Shown piece after piece: positions 25,872 through 35,045 of a DNA stretch of 64,000 nucleotides. How positions within the stretch are numbered: the first letter of the stretch is position 1; each line of letters starts with the position of its first letter. Source of the stretch: Spirochaetia bacterium (GTDB lineage Bacteria; Spirochaetota; Spirochaetia; SP-2023); NCBI GenBank assembly GCA_965263295.1, contig OZ253665.1, positions 172,933-236,932 on the forward strand, read 5' to 3'. Both the position numbers and the translations under genes were made by a program. The notes beneath the pieces were generated by a model. The model was not told the DNA's origin. It was given only the letters and a program-made list of their open reading frames with translations, and did no database searches.

Positions 25872-27653
25872 TTATTTCTGTCTCAGGATTGGAATGGACA
25901 GTAGGCGGCAGAGCGCGAAAAAAGAGCCCAGCAGTAGCAGGCCGTGGGCAGCTAGGATGCCAAAGTTGCGCAGCGAACCGCCACTGTGCCACCACCAGAC
26001 TGGGCGGTCTGGGCCGTTGGACGGGACTTGATTGGACAGCCTGAGACTGGACCACATCTCGGTGAAATAAGCTGGCGCTGCCGGGGCAGGACTGAACGCC
26101 CCCAAGAAAAATTGTTCGCTGAAGCGTAACGCAGTGTCGAGAAAAAATAGCATTGTACAAATGAACAGTAGTTTAGGCAGGAGGTGACGGATAAAGCATG
26201 CCCAGCGTGTCCAGCTGAGCAGGGCGCGGCTGTGCCGCGCGGTGACAATGTAAGCATAGATCGTGACTGGCAGGTAGCTGAGAGTATTCGCGACCGGCAG
26301 GGCAATGACTCCCAGGTTCCAGCTTTTTATTAGATAAAAGGACAACGGAATATCAATTAAAGCTACGAGTAGTGTCTGCAGTAGCGGCTGATTTTTATGG
26401 GATTGAGCATAAAGATATTGTTGCAGGAGGCGGAAGATGGCAATGGGCAGGGAGCCGAGAGCGTAATAACGTAGCACCTCAGCGGTCAGCCGGCTGTTTT
26501 CCAGAGTGAAAGCTCCGCGCTGGAAGGCCACGGCAACCAGTGCTTCGCTCATACAGATCAATACCAGGGTCGCGGGCAGTAGCAGGATGCAGAGCTGTTT
26601 CAAACCGTAGCGCAGGACCTGGCCGGCTTTGTCGTCTTTGCTCGCAGACTCTTGGCTCATCTGCGGCAGGCAGACTTTAGCGATGGAAGCATAGATAAGT
26701 CCCTGGGGCAGCTGAAAAAAAATCAGGGCATTGGTCAAGGCAGAAACGCTCCCGCTTTGCGCTTGCGAAGCCAGATAATTGGCAATGAATTGCATCAAGG
26801 CCAGGATGCTGGTACTAAACCATAGCGGCAACCAGATTCTTCGGATGCGGCGAATGGCCGGGTCGCGCAGGCGAAAGTCTGGCAATAGAGAATAACCGCC
26901 GTTTAGTACCGGAGGGAGGAGGAAGGCCAGTTGCAGGATGATGCCTCCGAGCATGCCCAGAACCACTGCAAAACTGGCGTAGTGACTTTGCAGGGTTACG
27001 GTGACGGCAATTACGGCCACGGATGAAAGCTGGGGCGTAAATGAACTCAAAGTGAAGCGTTGCTGACTGGAAAGCAGCGCGCCGAGCAATACACTTTGGC
27101 TCAAGAGGAACACGTAAGGGCTGACGTAGTACAACATTTGGGCCGCGAGCTGGCTCTGTGCCGCGCGGGGAAAATCGCTTAGTATCGCGATAATCTGCCG
27201 CGGAAAGATCACGAGCGTGAGGCAGAGTGGAAATATGATGCACCATTGAATCGCCAAGAGCTTGCGCCAAATCGCTTTGGGCCGCTTTAGGCTGGGGTCA
27301 TTTGCGCGACTGCGCACCAGCTCTGGAACCAGGGCCGTTTCTAGCGAACCTTCTGCGGCCAAGCGGCGCAGCAGCATGGGGACGGCCTGGATGAAGTTTA
27401 GGACGTCGGCTTTTTCGCCGGCGCCGAAGTAAAAGGCTATGACAGCGTTGCGCAAAAAGCCGAAAACGCGCGAACTGAAAGTGCCCAGCATGACTTGCAA
27501 AATCGAACGGCTGCGGCTGAACCCTTTTGTAGTCGGGGTCTCGCGCGCTTTGCATGTGCGGGGGGGGAGAGGGTCTTTTAAAGGATATTTGGGAGGGGCT
27601 TGAGAAGGGGCCGCGGAATTTCTGGAGGCGGAACGAGGGATTTGAAAACTCAT
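25872..27653 (-). CDS. murJ: Lipid II flippase MurJ (MviN)
   Basis: SSRVFGFLRNAVIAFYFGAGEKADVLNFIQAVPMLLRRLAAEGSLETALVPEL, then about 14 hydrophobic segments. The start is uncertain: the ~50-aa N-terminal extension contains a C8 run. Confidence 0.85.
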   Translation of the reverse strand: MSFQIPRSASRNSAAPSQAPPKYPLKDPLPPRTCKARETPTTKGFSRSRSILQVMLGTFSSRVFGFLRNAVIAFYFGAGEKADVLNFIQAVPMLLRRLAAEGSLETALVPELVRSRANDPSLKRPKAIWRKLLAIQWCIIFPLCLTLVIFPRQIIAILSDFPRAAQSQLAAQMLYYVSPYVFLLSQSVLLGALLSSQQRFTLSSFTPQLSSVAVIAVTVTLQSHYASFAVVLGMLGGIILQLAFLLPPVLNGGYSLLPDFRLRDPAIRRIRRIWLPLWFSTSILALMQFIANYLASQAQSGSVSALTNALIFFQLPQGLIYASIAKVCLPQMSQESASKDDKAGQVLRYGLKQLCILLLPATLVLICMSEALVAVAFQRGAFTLENSRLTAEVLRYYALGSLPIAIFRLLQQYLYAQSHKNQPLLQTLLVALIDIPLSFYLIKSWNLGVIALPVANTLSYLPVTIYAYIVTARHSRALLSWTRWACFIRHLLPKLLFICTMLFFLDTALRFSEQFFLGAFSPAPAAPAYFTEMWSSLRLSNQVPSNGPDRPVWWWHSGGSLRNFGILAAHGLLLLGSFFALCRLLSIPILRQK

Positions 27654-27812
27654 GTGTCTGAAAACGTCTTAAAATACCTTAAAATGTCTTGGTTGTAGGG
27701 AAAATTTCGTCTTTAGGCAAGTAGCGATGGCTTGAAAAAAGAGTGAAAACGGGTAAAGTGATCAGTTATTTGCGCATGCAGAGCGAATGTAAAAATATTC
27801 AGATTTAAGGAA

Positions 27813-29738
27813 GTGAGAATTGTGCGGAAGTTCAGATATGGAAGTGGCCTAATATTTATTTTGTTTTTGTTGACTCTGGCAAGGCTGCCGGCTCAGAACA
27901 CCCAAAGTGCTCCAAGTGCTCCAAGTGCCCAAAGTAATTTGGGTAATTTGGGTAATTTGGGTAATTTGGGTAATTTGGGCGTGGACGTCGACGATCCGGT
28001 TTACCAACTCTTGGATTCAGCTTCGATGAAAGGTTATATTACGGACTTGTCGCACTACCGCCCCTACAGCGGCCATCAGGTCTATGCTTATCTGGAGCAG
28101 ATTAGTCGCTCTCCCCGGCTGGATGCCGCCGAGCGCAAAGTTATCGAACGAGAGTTGAAGCGCTTCCGCCGCATTCTGACACTGGCAGAGCCGGACAAAA
28201 AGTTTATTGATTTTTTGCAAGACGCCGCGGTGCCGCTTTCCCTTGATGAAAACCTGCCCCTGGCCCTGCGTCTGGAGTTTGACCTGAAGAATCGTATTGA
28301 TTTTATCACGCAGGATCCATATTTGTTCAATGTCATGCGCATGTACCTTGAAGGTAATATTACGCCGCATTTCTCGTATCAGGCCATGGCGGGGACCGGC
28401 ATCACCCAGATAAAAACCTCGTCTTTTGCGCCCTATGAATACATCATGGAAACCGATGGGCATGCCATTTCGTCGGGCAACATTCAGGCGGGAGAAGTAT
28501 CTTTTGAAGGTGAGGAGCCGTCATTGGCCCTGCAGGTGGGCGGCAAGCTGGCCGCGTCGTTTTTTGACGATCGGGTGCGCAGCGGTTTTGGCTATATGAA
28601 GCGCAATATGGGCATTGCGAACACCAGTCTGATTTATTCGGGGCATGCCAGTCCGCTGCTGGGCTGGGACTTGTCCATACGGCCTTTCAAATGGGCGGGG
28701 CTGAACTTTATGGTCGGCGGCCTGACGGGCGTCGATGAGGATATTTCGACCGCAAAGTCCATGTTTACGGCACAGCAGTTCGAATTTTTTATCACGCAGT
28801 ATTTGTATGTCGGCGTGACCATGGGCTCGGTGTGGATTAAGCGCCTAGAGCCCTATTACATGATGCCGTTTATGCCGGTCGCCTTCGGTCAGTCCTTGCT
28901 GGGAGACTATGATAATTTGGCCATTCAGGGCACGGTAGCCCTCAAACTGCCGTATTTGACGCTCTATGGCGTCGGTTTCATGGATGAGGTGCAGCCTGCG
29001 GATGTCGCGAATCTGTTTTCCAGTCTGACCCAGCAGTTTGCCTTTCAGTTCGGTGCCCAGGTTTTGATTCCCCGGCTGCCGTTCACCACATTTCAGTTCC
29101 AGTACACCAAGATTGAGCCCTATGCGTACACGCATTATGCGCAGAAAGCTTTTCAGGGATCGAGAAGGGGCTACGGCACGATCAATATTTCGTGGATGAA
29201 CAATGGGGAAAACCTGGGCTACTACCTGCCGCCCAACTCGGATGAGTTTCTGTTCCAGATTGAAGGGCAGCCTTTGCCCGGCTGGCACTTTGCCCTGGGC
29301 TACAAGCACATCCGCCACGGCGACGGGGACCGCAGGCTTGGGCAGGTTGAGGGCCGCACGAATGCTGTGTTCGAGAATACCGTCGACAAGGTACAAATTG
29401 CCGATGAAGCAGCAAAGGATTCATTGAAGGATACCAAGACTGATGAAGGTAAACTGTACACGGGCATCTACGATCCTAAGTCTTATTTTGCCCGAAATAA
29501 AACACAGAGTGATGGTAAACGCCCGCCCAAGGATTTTCTCCACGATGGCGTGTATGAGTTTATCCATGTGGTGACGCTGGATTTGGCGTATCGCTTCCGC
29601 CGAATTCCGCTGCAGGCCGTTGCCCATTTTATGTTCTCGCACAACGATGGCCCTGTGCATAACGGATTTAAGGACGACGCGGAAATTCGCGTGGGTTTGG
29701 GCCTGGACCTACGTTTCTACGGCAAGTCTAGACGTTGA
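27813..29738 (+). CDS. Putative outer-membrane beta-barrel protein, possibly capsule-assembly Wzi family
   Basis: Signal peptide (LIFILFLLTLARLPAQN). DPVYQLLDSASMKGYITDLSHYRPYSGHQVYAYLEQI resembles the Wzi N-terminal helical bundle. Aromatic-rich alternating segments, and the C-terminal residues LDLRFYGKS suit a barrel. Confidence 0.5.
   Translation: MRIVRKFRYGSGLIFILFLLTLARLPAQNTQSAPSAPSAQSNLGNLGNLGNLGNLGVDVDDPVYQLLDSASMKGYITDLSHYRPYSGHQVYAYLEQISRSPRLDAAERKVIERELKRFRRILTLAEPDKKFIDFLQDAAVPLSLDENLPLALRLEFDLKNRIDFITQDPYLFNVMRMYLEGNITPHFSYQAMAGTGITQIKTSSFAPYEYIMETDGHAISSGNIQAGEVSFEGEEPSLALQVGGKLAASFFDDRVRSGFGYMKRNMGIANTSLIYSGHASPLLGWDLSIRPFKWAGLNFMVGGLTGVDEDISTAKSMFTAQQFEFFITQYLYVGVTMGSVWIKRLEPYYMMPFMPVAFGQSLLGDYDNLAIQGTVALKLPYLTLYGVGFMDEVQPADVANLFSSLTQQFAFQFGAQVLIPRLPFTTFQFQYTKIEPYAYTHYAQKAFQGSRRGYGTINISWMNNGENLGYYLPPNSDEFLFQIEGQPLPGWHFALGYKHIRHGDGDRRLGQVEGRTNAVFENTVDKVQIADEAAKDSLKDTKTDEGKLYTGIYDPKSYFARNKTQSDGKRPPKDFLHDGVYEFIHVVTLDLAYRFRRIPLQAVAHFMFSHNDGPVHNGFKDDAEIRVGLGLDLRFYGKSRR
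27903..27980 (+). repeat. In-frame 9-nt tandem repeats (AGTGCTCCA x2-3, then AATTTGGGT x5), encoding SAPSAPSAQ-SNLGNLGNLGNLGNLG
   Basis: Read directly. Located just after the signal peptide of the Wzi-like protein. Confidence 0.85.
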
Positions 29739-29809
29739 CTGGGTGTTTTCGCTAGTCTCTGAGCTTGTGCAGGACTCTGCTGAACTTAGCATTCTGAAAC
29801 GAATAGGGG

Positions 29810-30535
29810 TTGATTATGATACGATGGCTCAATGTTAGGCAGCCAGAACCCGAACGTTACTTTAAGTCGGACTTCTTGGAACGTTTTACCTTTTTCCGCC
29901 TGAGCACGGTTTGGATGATTTGGTTGCCGATCATTTTGCTCTCGTTGTTTGGCAGCTTTTATAGCGCCGGCAAAATTTCTACTGAGGCTGCAGGCGGGCA
30001 CTTTTTTTTGCTGGTTTTGGGCGTCCTGTTCTGGCTTGCACTGGGGGTACTGCGTTGGACATTGATGGAATACTTTTTGCACCGTTTCCCCTTCCATTAC
30101 GACGGGGGCAGCGAATTTTGGCGCAAGATATCATGGTACATACATGGCATTCATCACAAGCAAGCTATGTTGAGTACGCGCCTGGTCATGCCGCCGCCTT
30201 TCAGTCTGAGTGTGGGCGTGCTCGTCGCTCTGCTCGACTGGTCGCTGATGGGTTTGATCTTTAAACTCAGCTGGGCTGGCCTCGCTCTGTATGCGGGGAC
30301 AGCGCTCGGCTATCTCGTTTACGATACGCTGCACTGGAGCATGCACTTTATCGATACGGATTGGCCTTGGTATCGTAAGTTACGCAGTCATCATATGCGT
30401 CATCATCGTTTTCCGCAAAAGCGTTTTGGCGTTTCCAACACACTTTGGGACCATGTATTTCGGACTTATCCCCAAACTCAGCAAGAAGAATCTAGACAAG
30501 AGGAATCTAAGCAAGAGGAACCGCCGGGAGCTTAA
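29810..30535 (+). CDS. Fatty acid hydroxylase / sterol desaturase superfamily membrane protein
   Basis: Histidine boxes HRFPFH, HGIHHK, HWSMH and HHMRHH, with 3-4 TM helices. Confidence 0.7.
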   Translation: MIMIRWLNVRQPEPERYFKSDFLERFTFFRLSTVWMIWLPIILLSLFGSFYSAGKISTEAAGGHFFLLVLGVLFWLALGVLRWTLMEYFLHRFPFHYDGGSEFWRKISWYIHGIHHKQAMLSTRLVMPPPFSLSVGVLVALLDWSLMGLIFKLSWAGLALYAGTALGYLVYDTLHWSMHFIDTDWPWYRKLRSHHMRHHRFPQKRFGVSNTLWDHVFRTYPQTQQEESRQEESKQEEPPGA

Positions 30536-30834
30536 AAAACTTTTAACGCAGTATCGGCGAGTACGAGCTTCCCGTATGTGGATTGAGAAGTAGGGTTTTC
30601 CGCGATCCGGCAATTAGAAATTCAGGTGGGGGGCTTGGCCAATCTGTAACAGAGGGTAAATTTCTGTTATATAAAATTATTTCAATTGCCAGTAGCTAGA
30701 TTGTGGGTTGAGCGGCTGGCAATGACTCTGCCACAAATGCCAATTTGATTTTGAGTGTGGCGTGCGGATTTACGGTTTCAGGAGCTGTAATGCTAGCGGG
30801 GATTGTTTGCTAATTATTGGGGAATTATTTGGAT

Positions 30835-32487
30835 ATGGGGAACAATAGAAAAGTCTATTTTATTTTTACCTCGCTCTTGGCTGCTTTGTCTATTGTTCAA
30901 TCTCCCAAAGGCCGTTTGTCTATTTTGAGGGCTCAGGAAAAAAAAACTCAAAGCGTAGATATGGCTCAATCGTTGGAGTTGCAGCTAAACTCCCGGTTCT
31001 GGCAGTTGCTAAGTCGGGAAGAATTGGAACCTCTGTCTGAGCTGAGGCGCGAGGGGAATAGTGTCCGGCGGGTTGTGTCGCTAGAGTTTTTGTACCCTGG
31101 ACTACAGACCGTCGACAGTGTCGATTCACGTAATCGTCAAGGTGAACTGTTGGAAGTGGAACTGCAGTCTCTGGAAGACAGTTACCTGGAACTGGCACGT
31201 GATGGCGCTTTAGTGTTAGTCCTGGCGGGGGAATTGCAGCGGGACCCTGAGCAGTTGAATGTGTATGGCGATCCCTGGCCTGAGGCCACATTGCGGCTAT
31301 GGCTGGAAGATGATTTTGAGCCGCCCTTTTTACTTGCTGAATTGGAAAATTATCAGCGTTTTAGCGCTGTGCAGATTGAAGTACAGGTTTTCAAAGATCT
31401 GCGGCAAACTGTTAGTCAAGTGCTTCACAGGAGTAAAGACCCTAGAAAAGTTTTGCCGGATATGATTCTCGCAGATGGGCAGACAATTGTAGACTTGCGC
31501 CATCTATTTGCGGACTTGACGACAAAGGAAAGAAGAGAAGAGGCTTCTTTGGCTTGTCTGGACTTGTTTTTCAGTAATAATCAGTTTTATGCTTCCCCTC
31601 TGGCCCTCGCGCGTTATAGCTTGATGTATAATCCTGAACTACTGGGTGCAGATTCCCTAGATGGGAATGGAAGCCAGGTCAAACTTTCCGAATTGTTTAG
31701 GCGCTTGGACTTTTTGAGTCAAGGGCGGGAGCCTGGCGCGTATAATCCATATTTTCTGGCTTTTGGTGATGATAGCATGCCTTTTGTCTTGCTTTTGTAT
31801 TCGTTCCTGAAGTCCGGTGATATTTCTGATTCGGCGCCTGACGCTGCCGGACTGCGCGCCGGGCTGCGATATCTGCGAAAACAGGGGCGCGAGGGCTTGC
31901 TGCGGCAGCTCGATTTTGCCGAAGAGCGCTTTGCCAAGGGTGATATTGCGGTTGTGATTGGACTTTCAAGCCACCTGCAGCATATTGTGAAGCTGACTAA
32001 TTCGCGACTAAAGGGCAAATCCCGTATCCAGGCTGCTGAGCTACCTTACAATGATCTGCAAGATAATGATACCCCCAGTTATGCGCGGGTTTGGAGTCTG
32101 GCTGTTTTGCGCAGTTCGTCGCAGCAGCCCCATGCCATGGGGCTGCGTCGCTATTTGTTGCGTGGTGCTGTCCAGAGCCAGTTTGACCTGGCATCTGGCA
32201 TATTGCCGACCAATACTTTGTATTATCCGTTTTACCAGCGCAGCGATTATTACGAACTACTACCTGAGGCGGAACTGCGCGACATTATGAATCCCGGGGA
32301 ACTTGGTGAGTTTGGGGCCAAACGTCGTCGCATGTATCGGGATATTGAAGGTTTGCAGCGCTGGTTCAACGACAGAATTGAGGTGCTACTGGATAGTGAA
32401 ATTAGCTTGTCGCAGCTTCTTGCAGATCTACGGCGGCAGTGGCAAAATGAAGTGTTACCTCGTCAAGAATTTGTATTTCTGCGCTGA
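30835..32487 (+). CDS. Secreted hypothetical protein; the C-terminal ~350 aa resemble a family-1 extracellular solute-binding fold
   Basis: Signal peptide MGNNRKVYFIFTSLLAALSIVQS. MalE-like blocks by eye (PDMILADGQTIVDL.., ASPLALARYSLMYNPELL, FAKGDIAVVIGLSSHL). No adjacent permease genes. The start could be TTG at 30817. Confidence 0.4.
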   Translation: MGNNRKVYFIFTSLLAALSIVQSPKGRLSILRAQEKKTQSVDMAQSLELQLNSRFWQLLSREELEPLSELRREGNSVRRVVSLEFLYPGLQTVDSVDSRNRQGELLEVELQSLEDSYLELARDGALVLVLAGELQRDPEQLNVYGDPWPEATLRLWLEDDFEPPFLLAELENYQRFSAVQIEVQVFKDLRQTVSQVLHRSKDPRKVLPDMILADGQTIVDLRHLFADLTTKERREEASLACLDLFFSNNQFYASPLALARYSLMYNPELLGADSLDGNGSQVKLSELFRRLDFLSQGREPGAYNPYFLAFGDDSMPFVLLLYSFLKSGDISDSAPDAAGLRAGLRYLRKQGREGLLRQLDFAEERFAKGDIAVVIGLSSHLQHIVKLTNSRLKGKSRIQAAELPYNDLQDNDTPSYARVWSLAVLRSSSQQPHAMGLRRYLLRGAVQSQFDLASGILPTNTLYYPFYQRSDYYELLPEAELRDIMNPGELGEFGAKRRRMYRDIEGLQRWFNDRIEVLLDSEISLSQLLADLRRQWQNEVLPRQEFVFLR

Positions 32488-32501
32488 AGTGGTGGCCAAT
32501 T

Positions 32502-34436
32502 GTGAAGAAATCAAAACAGAAAGATGATGTAGGGCTAAAACAAGCCCGAAGAGCAGGTAAAGCCGGGGCCCAGCAAATAAAAGAAGTACAAGAATTTGTT
32601 CCCTTTCGTTTCAAGGAGTTTGCGGGGATTAAGCCGCAACGGTATATCGCCACACTCTACGTTTTGATCGTGCTGCTCATGATTTACTTTCTGTTTCTGG
32701 ATAAGGGTTTGCGTGCGCCGCAAGTGCAGTTACAATTTTATAATCTCAGCGGTCCGGCCAGTCTATATGTCGATGGCCAGTTTTATCACAACTTGACGTT
32801 TTCGCCAGGTTATTTTGACTCGGTTAATAGCCATATATTATTGCCAGTGACCAATCAGGCCGCTGTTCGGGAACTGCGGGTTGTGCAGTCCGGTATGGAA
32901 GATTGGGTAGAACAGCCGACCTTGAGAGCGAATATTTGGAATAATCGTTGGCGACCTCGCCGCTACAATTTTGAATTGCAGTTGAAGCAAGCGCCTAGTT
33001 TTGCACCTGCACACCTCTGGCAAGAGGCTTGGCGGGCGTATTTGTATCGCGGTCTGGAAGGGCAGAAGAAAATGTCTTTTGATGCTTCGCACCCCTATCC
33101 CTGGGTTCTTTCCGAAGGCCTAAGGGCCGCTCTTTACAGCCGGACGGCCAACGATCAGTCCAGTTTTCCTCCCCACTGGTCGGCAGATTTACAGCGCGGC
33201 CTCGCGTCGACCACCAATGTTTATCAGTGGGGGGATTTGTTGAGTGCTAGTTGTTTGATCTATCAAATGGATATTAGTGCAGATCGACAAGTGACAGATT
33301 CCGCGACCAGGGTCGAGATATTGGGACCGCGTTCTTTGGCTTTGTTGGCTCGGAGCGCAGTAAAACGTTTGTGGCGTTTAGAACCGGGCCTGCAGAGCTT
33401 GCGTGAATCCTGGAAGCAAAGGACGGAAGAAATAAAGGAACAGGGTTTGCGCCTGAGCGAAAGGGATATAAAATTGCAGAGATTCTGGCAGCAAAACGAA
33501 GGAAATATATCAATAGAGTCTATAGAATATAGATTTAAAGATAGTTATGCCACAGACTTATTGGATCTAAGTGGTCTGCGTTTTGTTCGTTTGAATGGAC
33601 AAGGTTTGGCGGTACAACAGACGGAACTTAGCAATGCTGAATTTGCCCAATTTTGGTTTAGTGCGGCAGGCCAAAATTGGCGCGATATTGCCAGTGGCAG
33701 GCCGGAGAGCGAGGACGAGTTATCCCGTGGAGGTATCAGCGCTTTGGTGCTATACGCGCAAGACCGGGATAGTGGAACAGTTTGCCGGCCTTCGGGCTGG
33801 CAGGAATCTGATGGATTGGAAGATATCTTGCAAAATCCCTTGCTGCAGGGGCGACCTGTTCGTGGTATTAATTGGTCAGAAGCAGAGGCTTATGTACGAT
33901 GGAAGAATAAGCAGAATGACAATAATGCGGGATGGGAGTTTGCGTTGCCTAGCTTAGCTCAATTTCGCGCCATTGCTAAAGCACGATACCAGGCTGAAAG
34001 GGCAGGGCAAGAAACTTTTAGGAGAGCGGATACCGGTGTGAATTTTGTCGTTTCGCAAATGCCGCCGGCTTTTACAGAACAGACAGAGGATGCCTTGGGC
34101 CTGAAAGGGCTGGGCAATAGCTTGTGGGAATGGTTAAGAGTTGATTATTTGCCGCATCGCGTCGGTACCTCGGCAAATGGCAATAGTGAACTGGGCTACA
34201 AGGCTCTGGGCGGAGGCAGCTGGCTCAATGCCATATCCATTGATGATAGCACGCGTGACCTGTGGGCGGATGAGTTTTTGATCCAGGATAATGAATTGCC
34301 TGTAGCCAGTAGTTATGGCACCGTAGCCGGGCAGTTCTCGGCGATTTGTAGTCCATATACCGGCGTACGTTTGGTGGCTGTAAAACTTCCCGTGGATTTC
34401 CATGGATTGGGAAGGGAATTGGACGATGGCCGCTAA
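32502..34436 (+). CDS. Membrane-anchored protein with a C-terminal FGE-sulfatase (SUMF1/EgtB/PvdO-type) domain
   Basis: One TM helix (YIATLYVLIVLLMIYFLFL). A PEGA-like stretch (LSGPASLYVDGQFY). FGE-domain hallmarks RPVRGINWSEAEAYVRWKN, GNSLWEWL and ALGGGSW. Confidence 0.65.
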   Translation: MKKSKQKDDVGLKQARRAGKAGAQQIKEVQEFVPFRFKEFAGIKPQRYIATLYVLIVLLMIYFLFLDKGLRAPQVQLQFYNLSGPASLYVDGQFYHNLTFSPGYFDSVNSHILLPVTNQAAVRELRVVQSGMEDWVEQPTLRANIWNNRWRPRRYNFELQLKQAPSFAPAHLWQEAWRAYLYRGLEGQKKMSFDASHPYPWVLSEGLRAALYSRTANDQSSFPPHWSADLQRGLASTTNVYQWGDLLSASCLIYQMDISADRQVTDSATRVEILGPRSLALLARSAVKRLWRLEPGLQSLRESWKQRTEEIKEQGLRLSERDIKLQRFWQQNEGNISIESIEYRFKDSYATDLLDLSGLRFVRLNGQGLAVQQTELSNAEFAQFWFSAAGQNWRDIASGRPESEDELSRGGISALVLYAQDRDSGTVCRPSGWQESDGLEDILQNPLLQGRPVRGINWSEAEAYVRWKNKQNDNNAGWEFALPSLAQFRAIAKARYQAERAGQETFRRADTGVNFVVSQMPPAFTEQTEDALGLKGLGNSLWEWLRVDYLPHRVGTSANGNSELGYKALGGGSWLNAISIDDSTRDLWADEFLIQDNELPVASSYGTVAGQFSAICSPYTGVRLVAVKLPVDFHGLGRELDDGR

Positions 34437-34887
34437 AAAAAATCCCGGTATTATTGCTGATAACCGCAAGGCGCGCTTTGAATACAGTTTCGAAAGTGTC
34501 TTGGAGTGTGGTATAAAGCTTAAAGGTTCGGAAGTTAAGTCTTTACGAATAGGGCAAGTCGCTTTTAGGGATAGTTTTTGCAGCGTTGAAAACGGTGAGT
34601 TATGGTTACATAACCTGCACATTTCACCTTATAATTTCGCTTCGCATTTTAATCATCAGGCAGAACGCAAACGCAAACTGCTGGCCAATAAAAAGCAGAT
34701 TATTCAGTTACATCGTCGCGTTAAGGAAAAAGGGTTCTCGATAATCCCCACCAAAATCTATTTTAAAGATGCTTTGGTTAAGATTGAAGTCGCGCTGGCT
34801 AAGGGGAAAAAGCTTTATGATAAGCGCGAAATTATACGTAATCGAGATATACGGCGAGATGAAGGCCGCAAGCTGCGTATGAAATAA
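34426..34887 (+). CDS. smpB: SsrA-binding protein SmpB
   Basis: IADNRKARFEYSFESVLECGIKLKGSEVKSLR…LWLHNLHISPY…ERKRKLL…IPTKIYFKDALVKIEVALAKGKK. The ATG at 34426 overlaps the upstream stop by 11 nt. Confidence 0.9.
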   Translation: MAAKKNPGIIADNRKARFEYSFESVLECGIKLKGSEVKSLRIGQVAFRDSFCSVENGELWLHNLHISPYNFASHFNHQAERKRKLLANKKQIIQLHRRVKEKGFSIIPTKIYFKDALVKIEVALAKGKKLYDKREIIRNRDIRRDEGRKLRMK

Positions 34888-35045
34888 TACTTGGATTCGC
34901 GGTATGCGAAGTAAATAATGCGGTTTAAGCCTTGAAGAGCAAAAATCACTCCCGCATAATGGGGCCAAATGCCAGAGTAGCGATGGCTGGTAAATCGCGG
35001 GCCTAATCATTAGGCGAAATTAAGTCGGCTTTGCAGGTGTGGGTT

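Noticed and set aside
34890-34911. CTTGGATTCGCGGTATGCGAAG just after smpB, which resembles the 5' end of tmRNA (…CUGGAUUCGACGGGAUUUGCGAAA…)
   Set aside because: There is no GGGG acceptor start and no tag reading frame. There is no 3' tRNA-like end (GGTTCGA/ACTCC…CCA). Only ~140 nt remain before the MCP ORF. It is chance similarity or at most a tiny remnant. ssrA must lie elsewhere.
35000-35014. Perfect palindrome GCCTAATcATTAGGC between smpB and the first MCP gene, considered as a terminator
   Set aside because: No U-tract follows it and the loop is only 1-3 nt. It may be an operator or have no function, and there is not enough evidence to call a feature.
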